Assembly: GCF_001194135.2 (NCBI RefSeq)
Contig: NC_068982.1
Span: 151,772,121 to 151,836,120, forward strand
Reading direction: 5' to 3'
DNA from: Octopus bimaculoides
Lineage: Eukaryota
DNA length: 64,000 nucleotides
This document shows, one piece after another, positions 63,932-64,000 of this stretch; positions within the stretch are counted from its first letter, which is position 1, and each line of letters begins with the position of its first letter. The notes under the pieces are model-generated. The model saw only the letters and a program-made list of their open reading frames with translations. It did no database searches and was not told the DNA's origin. Position numbers and translations under genes: made by a program.

Positions 63932-64000
63932 CAATGATAACAAGGCAGATCACAAACCAGAGTGGTTATCGACCGAATCACAAAGGGCCACTCACTCGAA

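Noticed and set aside
1-64000. CRISPR arrays, rRNA, genuine tRNA genes or prokaryotic operons
   Set aside because: There are no repeat-spacer arrays or rRNA motifs. The tRNA-like segments lack full cloverleaves and continue into SINE bodies. The DNA is eukaryotic.
63931-64000. Start of another TAA-associated LINE fragment at the window edge
   Set aside because: Only 70 bp are visible, which is insufficient.

Overview
AT-rich, microsatellite-dense eukaryotic DNA with 13 N-gaps. The SINE repertoire (tRNA-headed families resembling the octopus OK/OR SINEs, plus a Deu/Nin-domain-like SINE) suggests an octopus short-read assembly; this is inferred from recalled repeat consensus, not from a search. 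I can identify no intact host gene, so the window looks intronic or intergenic. Most ORFs in the track are microsatellite or N-gap artefacts. The recognisable coding material is transposon debris: R4/Dong-type RLE LINE fragments in (TAA)n tracts, an internally deleted Helitron retaining both termini, three RTE-type LINE fossils, a DD37D (maT) transposon, mariner and pogo/Tigger remnants, a CR1/L2-group LINE fragment preceded by a Myb/SANT-like ORF, and a Penelope-like element. The most interesting observation is a ~507-bp foldback element (55720-56226) whose two 89-bp inverted arms each contain a type I hammerhead ribozyme motif. The + strand copy keeps the full catalytic core but has imperfect stems, and the - strand copy is core-mutated. 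Other leads are a possible recursive splice site (11605/11606), two candidate symmetric small exons, the Myb-like LINE ORF1, a mirrored stack of TAA-associated elements, and several inverted repeats able to form dsRNA. Boundaries of degraded elements are approximate and all family assignments were made by eye.
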